Part shown: positions 55,699 through 64,000 of the stretch, one piece after another
How the letters are laid out: the number at the start of each line of letters is the position of its first letter
How positions within the stretch are numbered: position 1 is the first letter of the stretch
Source: an uncultured virus (IMG/VR IMGVR_UViG_3300015608_004663)
Taxonomy: Duplodnaviria > Heunggongvirae > Uroviricota > Caudoviricetes
Virus record (IMG/VR): IMGVR_UViG_3300015608_004663
DNA length: 64,000 nt
Direction: 5' to 3' (one strand)
Program-made: the position numbers and the translations under genes
Notes under the pieces: generated by a model
The model's database searches: none
What the model was told of the DNA's origin: nothing
The model's input: only the letters and a program-made list of their open reading frames with translations

Positions 55699-58137
55699 TC
55701 AGTTACACTTTGAGGAACCGCAAGCTCCGCAGATCACGCATCCACTTTGATACTGCAAAGCTGCTTGATTGCAATCACTGCACACAGCAGACAGTTTTGT
55801 TCCGTCAGGAACGTATGATTTTAACACTCTTGCTACGCAACTAGCAAAAGAGCTGATATCACTGTGCTTGTCTTTTTTCAACTGCTCAACAATATCTGAT
55901 ATGTTCACATTGTTTCTAAGCAGCATAGAAACAAGTCTTGTTAAAGCACCATAAACAGGATTCTCAAAAAGCGCAATAACATCTCTGAAAACAAGATTAT
56001 CACTATCTTTTATCTCAACTTCAAGATCGTACGTTGCTTGATTTTTATTTTTCTGCTTGATAAGCAAGCCTCGCTTGCAAGACTTTGGAATATCAATCTT
56101 GTCTAGTGAACCAGCAAAGACTTCATAAGGCTGATCATTGCGCTTGCCAATGATGACAATATACGGCTCACCTTTCACGTGAACTTTGTGAATGTCACAC
56201 GGTAGAGATTTTGGTCGAGGAGAGCTTTTTGCTTTATTTGAGACTGTGTCAGCGCTAACAAGCACACCGGCGCGGCAACCATCGCGATAAACTGTCACAC
56301 CCTTGCAACCAAGGCGCCAAGCAGTGAAATACACTTGCTCAACATCTTGCAAAGTTGCATGAGATGGCATGTTAACCGTTTTTGAAATACCGTGACAGAT
56401 CCATTGCTGGACTGTGGCTTGCATCTTCACAGAATCAATGTAGTTGATTTCTGCAGCAGAAGCACCCCAATACGGAGATTCTTTCACGTCAGTTTTCTTT
56501 GTTGCGGCTCGCCAGCGCTTGATGCCAGAGTGCTCAATCTTGTACTCTTTCCATTTATCTCCCATAGCATCAATGAAATCAGGCTTTGTATCTCCGTCAT
56601 CAGCTGTCAATTTTCTGCGACGAATGCAATCATACAAATACATTGGCTCAATCGCGTTTGTGCAATCAGCTTCAATAGAACTAGAACCAGCTGGTGAGCT
56701 CATTGTGAGCGCAATGTTTCTACGTCCATATTTTGCGTGCATTTCTTTAAATTGTTGCCCGCAAGCATCAAGAACTTTATTGATAAACACATGATCTTGC
56801 TCTAATTTTGCATTCCACGCAGGGAATGCACCACGCTCTTTAGCTAAAATAATCGATGATTGCCACGCAGCTGTGCACAAAATCTTGTACATCTCATCTG
56901 TCATAGACAGTGATTCAGCAGAACCATATTTTATGTTCAACATCGCAAGAGCGTCACCCAATCCAGTTGCGCCCAAACCAGTTCTGCGACCATCTTCAGC
57001 ATTTTTCTTTATTTGAAGCCACAGTTGCTTTTCTCTGAACTTCACTGTGGCTGATTCTGGATCTGAATCAATTTTATCGATAATTCTTTGAACGGCTTCA
57101 ATCTCAAGGTCGATGAGATCATCCATCAAGCGCTGAGCTATCATAACATCATTGTGCAATGATTGTTTATCAAGACAAGCGCTTGGCGTAAACGGATTTA
57201 AAATGTATCCAAGCCAATTCATCAGCATCAATCTGCAAGAATCATATGCTGGCAGTGGCAACTCTGAACATGGATTTGTGCTGATAGATCTAAATTGATC
57301 GTACACATCAGCTGGCGTTGTTCTTAAAATTGTGTCCCAAAAAAGCACTCCAGGCTCTGCACACTTGTGCGCAGCAGAAACAATCTCAGTCCAGATTTCT
57401 CTTGCTTTTACTCTAATAGAGAGTGTGGGTTGTTTTGCATCAACAGGCCATCTCTGCTCATAATCAGTGTTAGCTTCAACTGCTTGCATGAATTCATCAC
57501 TGATTCGAACAGAGATGTTCGCGCCAGTAACTTTTTGCAAATCTATCTTTGCTTTGATAAAAGTCAAAATTTCTGGATGATGGACTGATAGTGTCAGCAT
57601 CAGCGCGCCTCGGCGACCACCTTGCGCGACCTCTCTGCAGGTGTTTGAGAATCGTTCCATAAAAACGGCGATGCCATCTGTTGTTTTGGCAGCGTTTTTT
57701 GTAGTAACACCTTTCGGTCTGATTGGTGACATATCTAACCCAACGCCACCACGACGCTTCATGATCTGCGCGATCTCTTCATCTGCGCGAAAGATGCCAC
57801 CGTATGAATCTTCTGGTGAAGATATCACAAAGCAATTTGACAAGCTTTGAATCTGAAATGGATTACCAATACCAGATTGCGGTGAACCCTGTGGAATGAT
57901 CTTAGCAAATTTGCGCAGCAAATTGTAAATCTGCTGCTCTGATACAGGATTTGGATACTTTGATTCAATCCTGTAAAATTCTTTTGCCAAGCGCTTGTGC
58001 ATATCGTCTGGTGTTAGCTCAAGATAATTTCCAACGCTATCTGTTAGAGCATATTTCGTAACGAAAACATCTGCTAACAATTCATTTTCATCAGAGTATG
58101 CTTTTGTAGCATCTAACACTTGTTGCTGCGTGTACAT
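55699..58137 (-). CDS. nrdJ: Class II (B12-dependent) ribonucleotide reductase
   Basis: SNC, GGRRGA, TNPCSE, KTVN, YRDG, C-terminal Zn ribbon; no beta subunit seen. Confidence 0.9.
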   Translation of the reverse strand: MYTQQQVLDATKAYSDENELLADVFVTKYALTDSVGNYLELTPDDMHKRLAKEFYRIESKYPNPVSEQQIYNLLRKFAKIIPQGSPQSGIGNPFQIQSLSNCFVISSPEDSYGGIFRADEEIAQIMKRRGGVGLDMSPIRPKGVTTKNAAKTTDGIAVFMERFSNTCREVAQGGRRGALMLTLSVHHPEILTFIKAKIDLQKVTGANISVRISDEFMQAVEANTDYEQRWPVDAKQPTLSIRVKAREIWTEIVSAAHKCAEPGVLFWDTILRTTPADVYDQFRSISTNPCSELPLPAYDSCRLMLMNWLGYILNPFTPSACLDKQSLHNDVMIAQRLMDDLIDLEIEAVQRIIDKIDSDPESATVKFREKQLWLQIKKNAEDGRRTGLGATGLGDALAMLNIKYGSAESLSMTDEMYKILCTAAWQSSIILAKERGAFPAWNAKLEQDHVFINKVLDACGQQFKEMHAKYGRRNIALTMSSPAGSSSIEADCTNAIEPMYLYDCIRRRKLTADDGDTKPDFIDAMGDKWKEYKIEHSGIKRWRAATKKTDVKESPYWGASAAEINYIDSVKMQATVQQWICHGISKTVNMPSHATLQDVEQVYFTAWRLGCKGVTVYRDGCRAGVLVSADTVSNKAKSSPRPKSLPCDIHKVHVKGEPYIVIIGKRNDQPYEVFAGSLDKIDIPKSCKRGLLIKQKNKNQATYDLEVEIKDSDNLVFRDVIALFENPVYGALTRLVSMLLRNNVNISDIVEQLKKDKHSDISSFASCVARVLKSYVPDGTKLSAVCSDCNQAALQYQSGCVICGACGSSKCN

Positions 58138-58142
58138 GTTGT

Positions 58143-59552
58143 TTAATCAATTCCTTTCAGTTCATCTTCGTTACGAAGTTCTTTCATTCTTAGTCTTAAC
58201 TTTGATCTGACAGAATCATCATCATCTGCTTTGAAATCAGATTTATTTTGATCTGCGTTCTCATATATATCCAACAGATTAAATGTTGACCTTGCTGTGT
58301 TGATCTTCATTGCATATACCATGCCATCACGCCCTGCTCGATTTTTTGCCATGAACAATCTACCAACACCCATAGATTTTTCATGTGATTTTCGAGACAA
58401 TGAAACAACTACGTCAGCTTCCATAGCTTTGCCATAAGCTTCTGACATATTGTTAAGATCAACAACATCAGCTCCCGCGCCCTCTTTGTTGCTCTGACTA
58501 GCTGTCCAGACAGGAACGTTAATTTCTGATGCATACGCTCTAAGCTCTTGATAAATTAATTGAAGCTCAAAGCGCTTTGCATCATACTGCCGAGTAGATC
58601 TTAAAATATCTGCATAATCAATAATGATCAGATCTGGTTTGAATCCTCGTGAATTTAATTTCTCAACGTGAGCTCTGATGTTATTAACAGTCGCCCAGCA
58701 TGTTGGGAACTCTTTTATGAAGAGTTGACCCAGTTTCATATCTTTGTATTTAGCAATCACTTCTTCTTTTCTGTTGCTAATGTCATCACTGTCAATATCA
58801 CACAAATTAGAATCGTATCTAAGACCGACTAGCGATTCTGACATCTCAAGCGTGTAATGAATTACATTCTTGCGCTCACGCATAGCGTTTGCGCCAAGCA
58901 TAGTTAGAAAATGAGATTTACCAACACCAGTAGCTGCACACACCACACCAAGCTCACCTCGCCCAAGACCACCATTTAAAACTCCCTTCATATCAATCTT
59001 AGCAAGACCAGTCGGTACAGGGTTTCTATTTCGCTGCACAAAGCGAGCTTCTGGTTCATTTAAAAAATCGTGTCCAACAGTTGATGAAGCACCTGCAGCA
59101 ACAGCTTTTTTAACAATATCAGCAACTGATTCATATGAATCTGAAGCCATCAGCTCAATCGATTGTTCAATAGCAACTTTTAAAGCTTGCTTCTTACAAA
59201 AATCCAGTGATTTCTCTTTAACGTACGGTAAATCACCGAGCTCATCATCAGATCTGATCTTAGTTAAGAACTCTATGATTTGAGTTTGAAGTGCTTCATC
59301 TGATGAATGCTTTAACTCATCTTTAATGATTGTAACAAGTATTTGAAACGTTGGAAACGTTCTGTATTTCTTAGCGTAATCAAAGCACAGTTGCGTCAGA
59401 AACGCAAGATATTTCAAATCAAAATATGATGGCTGTAAAACTTCAGCTATTTGTTCAGCCCACTTGTGATCAAGCAATATTGCTTGAACAATTCTTTCTT
59501 GAAAGATTTTACCGTATTTAGATAGTGAATCTTGCATCACAGTATTTTGCAT
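58143..59552 (-). CDS. dnaB: Replicative DnaB-like helicase
   Basis: ATGVGKS, TLEM, IIDYAD, WTASQ, KNRAG. Confidence 0.92.
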   Translation of the reverse strand: MQNTVMQDSLSKYGKIFQERIVQAILLDHKWAEQIAEVLQPSYFDLKYLAFLTQLCFDYAKKYRTFPTFQILVTIIKDELKHSSDEALQTQIIEFLTKIRSDDELGDLPYVKEKSLDFCKKQALKVAIEQSIELMASDSYESVADIVKKAVAAGASSTVGHDFLNEPEARFVQRNRNPVPTGLAKIDMKGVLNGGLGRGELGVVCAATGVGKSHFLTMLGANAMRERKNVIHYTLEMSESLVGLRYDSNLCDIDSDDISNRKEEVIAKYKDMKLGQLFIKEFPTCWATVNNIRAHVEKLNSRGFKPDLIIIDYADILRSTRQYDAKRFELQLIYQELRAYASEINVPVWTASQSNKEGAGADVVDLNNMSEAYGKAMEADVVVSLSRKSHEKSMGVGRLFMAKNRAGRDGMVYAMKINTARSTFNLLDIYENADQNKSDFKADDDDSVRSKLRLRMKELRNEDELKGID

Positions 59553-60535
59553 CCAGCATACCTTGAAAAAGCAATGATAAGATCATCAATATTAATGCTT
59601 GATGTTCCTTCTTGCAAGAATAAAGCATTTAAATCTACGACATTAATGCTGCTTCGTGGCACTTGAAGTGATGTTACAACTTGATTGATTTGCGCTGCTG
59701 GAAAACTTGTAACATCTAATTTTACAAGATCCCAATTCATTCTAATTGTTGCTTGTGCATCACAGATCTTTGCTGATGCGTGACATTCATCTCTGTGTGA
59801 CATTGCATACGAGATAACATCATCGATGATGACGCCGCGCTGACGAAGGATTAAAATTTTCTTTGCGAGCGTTTTAAACCCAATTCTAGATACGCCTTTG
59901 ATATTATCGCTTGCATCGCCGCAGATCGCTTTTGCAATGCCAAAATTTTCAGCTAAGATACCATATTCATCATATATATCTTTGCTTGTTAAGATTCTTT
60001 TTTTGTGAAATGAATACTGTTGAACTCTATCAGACAGCAATTGATGCATATCTTTATCTGAAGATGCAATTAGCACTTTATGCTGGCGCAGCGGGCCGCA
60101 AACAAGATAAGCAATCAAATCATCTCCTTCAGCGTTTTCAGCATATAGCTGCCAAACTGGCAAGCACTTCAATGCTTTAACCAGCGCTATGTTTTGATGA
60201 ACTCGATTTTCATCAGAATCTGGTATATCATCTGCGTAAAATCTGTTCAGTTTCTCTGGTCGCCGGTTCATCTTGTAATCGGCATATATGCTTCTACGAC
60301 GCTGAGAACCACCGCCTTCCCACACAATCACAACAGCTGCTGGAGCGTGTTCGTGCACAAGCTTTGTTAAAGTTTTAATAAACCCTACAAATCCTCCCAA
60401 TTGATATCCGTGTGAACTAACAGACGGATATGCGCAATACGCTCTGACAAATGCGTTACTACCGTCAACAAGCAATATCGGTTTATCAGAAATTATTTGA
60501 TCGTTATCAGTCATATCGCACCAAATGTGAATCAC
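59537..60535 (-). CDS. 5'-3' exonuclease/RNase H (second copy)
   Basis: LVDG.N, YKMNR, EGDD, SSDKD, GDASDNIKGV. Confidence 0.92.
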   Translation of the reverse strand: MIHIWCDMTDNDQIISDKPILLVDGSNAFVRAYCAYPSVSSHGYQLGGFVGFIKTLTKLVHEHAPAAVVIVWEGGGSQRRRSIYADYKMNRRPEKLNRFYADDIPDSDENRVHQNIALVKALKCLPVWQLYAENAEGDDLIAYLVCGPLRQHKVLIASSDKDMHQLLSDRVQQYSFHKKRILTSKDIYDEYGILAENFGIAKAICGDASDNIKGVSRIGFKTLAKKILILRQRGVIIDDVISYAMSHRDECHASAKICDAQATIRMNWDLVKLDVTSFPAAQINQVVTSLQVPRSSINVVDLNALFLQEGTSSINIDDLIIAFSRYAGCKIL

Positions 60536-61008
60536 GCACCAGATGAACCAAACCCAGCTGCTTGTCTATCACTCATAAACAGAGTTTCAACTCTAACTGG
60601 GTTTGTGTATCTGTAAAATACAACTTGAGCAATTCTGTGATTTAGCGATATTTTACTCTCTTGCGCTGATCCATTATACAGCAGAACTCTTATTTCGCCT
60701 TTGTATTTCGGTTCAATTATTCCGCCGACAGCGAAGATCGATTTCAGAGCAAGTCCAGATCTGCTTTCTATTTTTGGAAATATATTTTCTCCATGCACAT
60801 TAATTCTCACGCCAGTCTTGACAGAAGAAACTGTGAATGGAGGCAGAACAATATCTTCTGCTGCATATAAATCATATCCAACATCTTCAGCATGAGCTTT
60901 TGACGGAAATGTTGTGCAACCGTCAAGTAGCTCAAAAGTAACTTGCTGCGTTGCTTCGCGTTTGTTAAAACGACGCTGAAAAAATAGCACAACATCACTT
61001 AAAAACAT
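60532..61008 (-). CDS. dut: Trimeric dUTPase
   Basis: GYDL, RSGLA, GGII..YKGE, RIAQ, GFGSSG. Confidence 0.93.
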   Translation of the reverse strand: MFLSDVVLFFQRRFNKREATQQVTFELLDGCTTFPSKAHAEDVGYDLYAAEDIVLPPFTVSSVKTGVRINVHGENIFPKIESRSGLALKSIFAVGGIIEPKYKGEIRVLLYNGSAQESKISLNHRIAQVVFYRYTNPVRVETLFMSDRQAAGFGSSGA

Positions 61009-61009
61009 G

Positions 61010-62203
61010 CTAAGAATCCAATTCAGACTCGATCGCTTCGCGCACAGCAGCGTCTGAATCATCAAGTGTAGCTTGATTAATATCAAGATTAGAAATGATA
61101 TACAGCTGATCCATTACATCATAAAGATGATTTGTAAATTCTGCATCAAGCATTAATTTTGGCAGATCAGATTTTTGATATTTTTTCTCAAAAATAACTT
61201 CTCCATTTTCCATTACAAGAAAAGTTCGCCACGATCTACCGTGATCATAAACGTACTGTCTGTTATTTTTACCGTTGATTGGACCGTGTTTTGCGATCGC
61301 ATCAGCAATAACATTAAAAATCTGCTCTTGCTCAACTATTCCATGTCCAAACACAATATTAAATGATGTTTTTCTAAACGGTCTCGCAATTTTATTTTTA
61401 ATGATAGTAGCAGTTACTTCAATACCAATTACTTCATCACCGACTTTAAGTGGTTTACCAGTTGACAGCTTTACTCTAACACTAGCATGAAATGGAATAG
61501 CAGCGCCGCCCGGTGTGAATTCTGGATTTCCAAATATTACACCAACTTTGCTCTTGATCTGATTTAAGCACAAGAACGTTACGTTATTTGACGCAATCAA
61601 CCCAGTTATCTTGCGAAGAGCTTTCGCAATTGTGCGAGCTTGCAAGCCCATCTGCAACTTATCATAATCTCCATTTAGCTCTTCTTTTGGAGCAGTTGCT
61701 GCAACTGAATCCCAAACAACTAAGATCGGGACACCAGATTTCAAAGATGATGCGTTTAAGATAGCTGCTTCAGCAATCTTAAAAACATCTTCTGTGCAGT
61801 GAGTATCACAATACAAGAATCGCTTCTTGACATCGATACCCATCTCTGACAATTTTTCAAGTGGAACTGCATTTTCAGAATCAATATAGACAACAATACC
61901 ACCAAGATCTTGAACAGTCTTAGCCATGTGAAATGCAATGTGCGATTTTCCACTAGAAGGCGGACCACTGATTTCAATGATGCGCCCCTCTGGCATTCCA
62001 CCATTGCGTCTATTTGACACAATGTAATCTAACTGTCGAGAACCGGTGTGAATCCATCTCTTTATGTGCGTCGGAGATTCATCGCACGAAAGATTGTAAG
62101 CAATTCTTGTACCAAACTCTTTGTTGAGATGTTTGATTAGTGACTTAGAAACATCATCTGCTTCAGATAGATTCACACTATCTTGCTTCGTTTGTTTTGC
62201 CAT
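61010..62203 (-). CDS. recA: RecA/UvsX recombinase
   Basis: GPPSSGKS, YIDSE, WDSV, LNQ, PGG. Confidence 0.93.
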   Translation of the reverse strand: MAKQTKQDSVNLSEADDVSKSLIKHLNKEFGTRIAYNLSCDESPTHIKRWIHTGSRQLDYIVSNRRNGGMPEGRIIEISGPPSSGKSHIAFHMAKTVQDLGGIVVYIDSENAVPLEKLSEMGIDVKKRFLYCDTHCTEDVFKIAEAAILNASSLKSGVPILVVWDSVAATAPKEELNGDYDKLQMGLQARTIAKALRKITGLIASNNVTFLCLNQIKSKVGVIFGNPEFTPGGAAIPFHASVRVKLSTGKPLKVGDEVIGIEVTATIIKNKIARPFRKTSFNIVFGHGIVEQEQIFNVIADAIAKHGPINGKNNRQYVYDHGRSWRTFLVMENGEVIFEKKYQKSDLPKLMLDAEFTNHLYDVMDQLYIISNLDINQATLDDSDAAVREAIESELDS

Positions 62204-62212
62204 TTAACACCC

Positions 62213-62248
62213 AACGCTCAGCGGCGATTCACATCGCCGCTGAGCGTT
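62213..62248. other. Perfect 16-bp hairpin between ssb and recA
   Basis: AACGCTCAGCGGCGAT-TCAC-ATCGCCGCTGAGCGTT; no clear U tract. Confidence 0.7.
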
Positions 62249-62271
62249 CATAATTGTTGAGCGCGATCTAA

Positions 62272-63102
62272 CTAATTCGTGTTTTTAAACATGTTTTCAA
62301 GATCATCAAGCGTATCAGACGTAGTTTTCTTCTTCTTAGAAGAAGATGCGTCTTGTGATTCAGATTGCTTCTGCTTGCTGCTTTGCTCTTTTTGTTCTGA
62401 TTCAGAGTTTCCGCGCTGAGTGCCTGAGCTGTCATCGACAGGAGCGCCAGCGTTGATCCACTCTTCAAGAACGCGCTTGCACTCATCATATGATTTTGGC
62501 TTATAAATTTCATTGATGTTGGGAAGCTTGCTCATAAGCTCAGCAAGCTCTTTTTTATTAGCAAGCGCTGGTGATGGTTTGCGCGCGGCATCGACTGCTG
62601 TGTCATTGTACTTTTTTCCAGCAGTTTTTGTGATTTTCACTTTTAGATCGTAACCATTATCAAGGTCAAGAAAATCACCAATTTCAGAATCAACAAAAAA
62701 TCCAAGCAAGCGAGCGTGGATCTCTTTACCAACATTCCAAATCTTAACACCTTCTGATTCTTTACCTCGCACAATGATTGGAATGTACGCTCTGATTTTT
62801 GGCAGCAAGCGCTTTGCAATCACTTTATCATCGTCTTTCTTAGTTGCAAAGAGACGATCTCGCATCTCTTTGACTGGATCACGTTGATTAAACTGCGATG
62901 GCGCAATCAGTTTGTTATTTCCAAAATAATAGATTGCTCTCTCATGAAACGGCTGACCGGGTTGAGCATCTGGCCATGGAAGGCAGCGAATCTGATACTC
63001 TCCCAATTCAGGGAACCAGTAAGACATCTGATTGTTAGATTTTTGCTTATTTTCAGATAACGCTTTGAGCTTTTCTTTAATTGCATTAAGATCGATTGCC
63101 AT
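62272..63102 (-). CDS. Phage ssDNA-binding protein (gp32-like)
   Basis: IRCLP, GVKIW, GYDL, acidic tail; upstream of recA. Confidence 0.8.
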   Translation of the reverse strand: MAIDLNAIKEKLKALSENKQKSNNQMSYWFPELGEYQIRCLPWPDAQPGQPFHERAIYYFGNNKLIAPSQFNQRDPVKEMRDRLFATKKDDDKVIAKRLLPKIRAYIPIIVRGKESEGVKIWNVGKEIHARLLGFFVDSEIGDFLDLDNGYDLKVKITKTAGKKYNDTAVDAARKPSPALANKKELAELMSKLPNINEIYKPKSYDECKRVLEEWINAGAPVDDSSGTQRGNSESEQKEQSSKQKQSESQDASSSKKKKTTSDTLDDLENMFKNTN

Positions 63103-63156
63103 GATTTTCTCTTTCTTTTGTTTATTTACGCTACCATGTTTTAATGGTGCGTGAAA

Positions 63157-63780
63157 TTACTTCTCACTTGTTAGTGCGATACTATCACCACGTTTTTCTT
63201 GCAAAGTAGAGAAGTAATCAGCTGTTTGAATTACATTCACTAATTCAGGTTCTTTAAGACAATATGTTTTATTCTCTTGCAAAACCCAACCATCATTCAA
63301 ATAAATAGCTAACCACTCAGGTTGCGTTAGTACAACATTATGTTTTGATAATACGTACAGACCGCGCAACGGTACTGACATATAAATTAATTTATCATTA
63401 TGAGTGTAAATTTCACCAAGTTTATCTTGGCGCCATGCATCTGTTTGCTTGATATAATATGGCTGCTCTCCATCTCCAATCTTGCCAAGATCGTGAAACA
63501 AAGCAGCAATAATCATAGAATCACGATTGATGTCAATGTTCATTGCTTTACTGTATTTCACAGCATTTCGCAGCACGCGCAATGAATGGTCTACAAGACC
63601 ACCGGGAAACGCATTGTGAAAATCTCGCTTAGCGCTCGCAGGCGATATAGCTAATTCATCACCAATAGCGTCTAACATCTTAAGTACAGGAGAGCGCCGA
63701 TTGTCAGATATGCTTTGACACAGTTTCTGAAAAGAAACCCAATTAGAATAAATTTGTTCTTCAGTGAGCTCTGAAATCAT
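63157..63780 (-). CDS. HD-domain hydrolase
   Basis: PAS..FH.AFPGGLVDHSL, LFHDLGK. Confidence 0.85.
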   Translation of the reverse strand: MISELTEEQIYSNWVSFQKLCQSISDNRRSPVLKMLDAIGDELAISPASAKRDFHNAFPGGLVDHSLRVLRNAVKYSKAMNIDINRDSMIIAALFHDLGKIGDGEQPYYIKQTDAWRQDKLGEIYTHNDKLIYMSVPLRGLYVLSKHNVVLTQPEWLAIYLNDGWVLQENKTYCLKEPELVNVIQTADYFSTLQEKRGDSIALTSEK

Positions 63781-64000
63781 TTAAGCACTTAACCTTGTTG
63801 CTTTATAATAAAGCTTTCCAACGCGATCAACAACAGTCGAAGATACAAAACCCTCTTCAAGAGCGTTGTAACAATCTTCTACAATAATTGCGTCATGAAT
63901 AACACCAAGCGGAGAGAGGCGCAAAGATGAGCAGATCTGCTCAAATCCAAGAACTGCAGCATCAACAGCAGATGATTGTATGTAATCATTTATGATGTAA
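63781..64000 (-). CDS. 3' end of a family A DNA polymerase-like gene (partial)
   Basis: Translates YIINDYIQSSAVD...VIHDAII (motif C-like); runs off the window. Confidence 0.65.
   Translation of the reverse strand, partial: YIINDYIQSSAVDAAVLGFEQICSSLRLSPLGVIHDAIIVEDCYNALEEGFVSSTVVDRVGKLYYKATRLSA

Noticed and set aside
14337..61490. Many plus-strand ORFs inside the minus-strand operons (e.g. 14337, 22018, 49143, 53340)
   Set aside because: Antisense shadows of well-supported genes, with no motifs of their own.
1..64000. Diversity-generating retroelement or retron explaining the duplicated segments
   Set aside because: No reverse transcriptase in the window; the helicase differences are not adenine-specific, and the 60-nt copy is identical.

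Overview
This window looks like part of a large (jumbo-type) dsDNA bacteriophage genome. No clear capsid or tail genes are present. Left end (1-6 kb): a patchwork of DNA fragments, a strongly self-complementary non-coding stretch, and an array of tiny paralogous ORFs. The fragments are a diverged internal copy of the replicative helicase, a truncated endonuclease, a GC-rich DUF1156-type methylase piece, a tRNA 5' end and an exact 60-nt copy of 24715-24774. From 6-8 kb: a tRNA cluster that includes an aberrant-anticodon tRNA, a circularly permuted tRNA-like element and a long-arm UAU tRNA, next to a phage RNase P protein gene. From 11-13 kb: exonuclease, DNA ligase and a ~335-nt highly structured candidate ncRNA. 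From 13-64 kb: a mostly minus-strand replication, repair and nucleotide-metabolism region (GroEL, glycosylases, three more tRNAs, TK, ThyX, NrdJ, DnaB, RecA, SSB, Pnkp and others). The most notable observations are: (1) DnaE split into two separately promoted genes whose break ends carry intein (Hint)-like remnants without splicing residues; (2) the permuted tRNA-like RNA beside rnpA; (3) the structured ncRNA candidate; (4) a predicted dCMP-hydroxymethylase/glycosyltransferase/UDP-pentose DNA modification pathway; (5) a recurring GTGCAN-N18-TANNNT promoter, often directly upstream of the ATG. All product calls come from motif recognition by eye; no database search was run.
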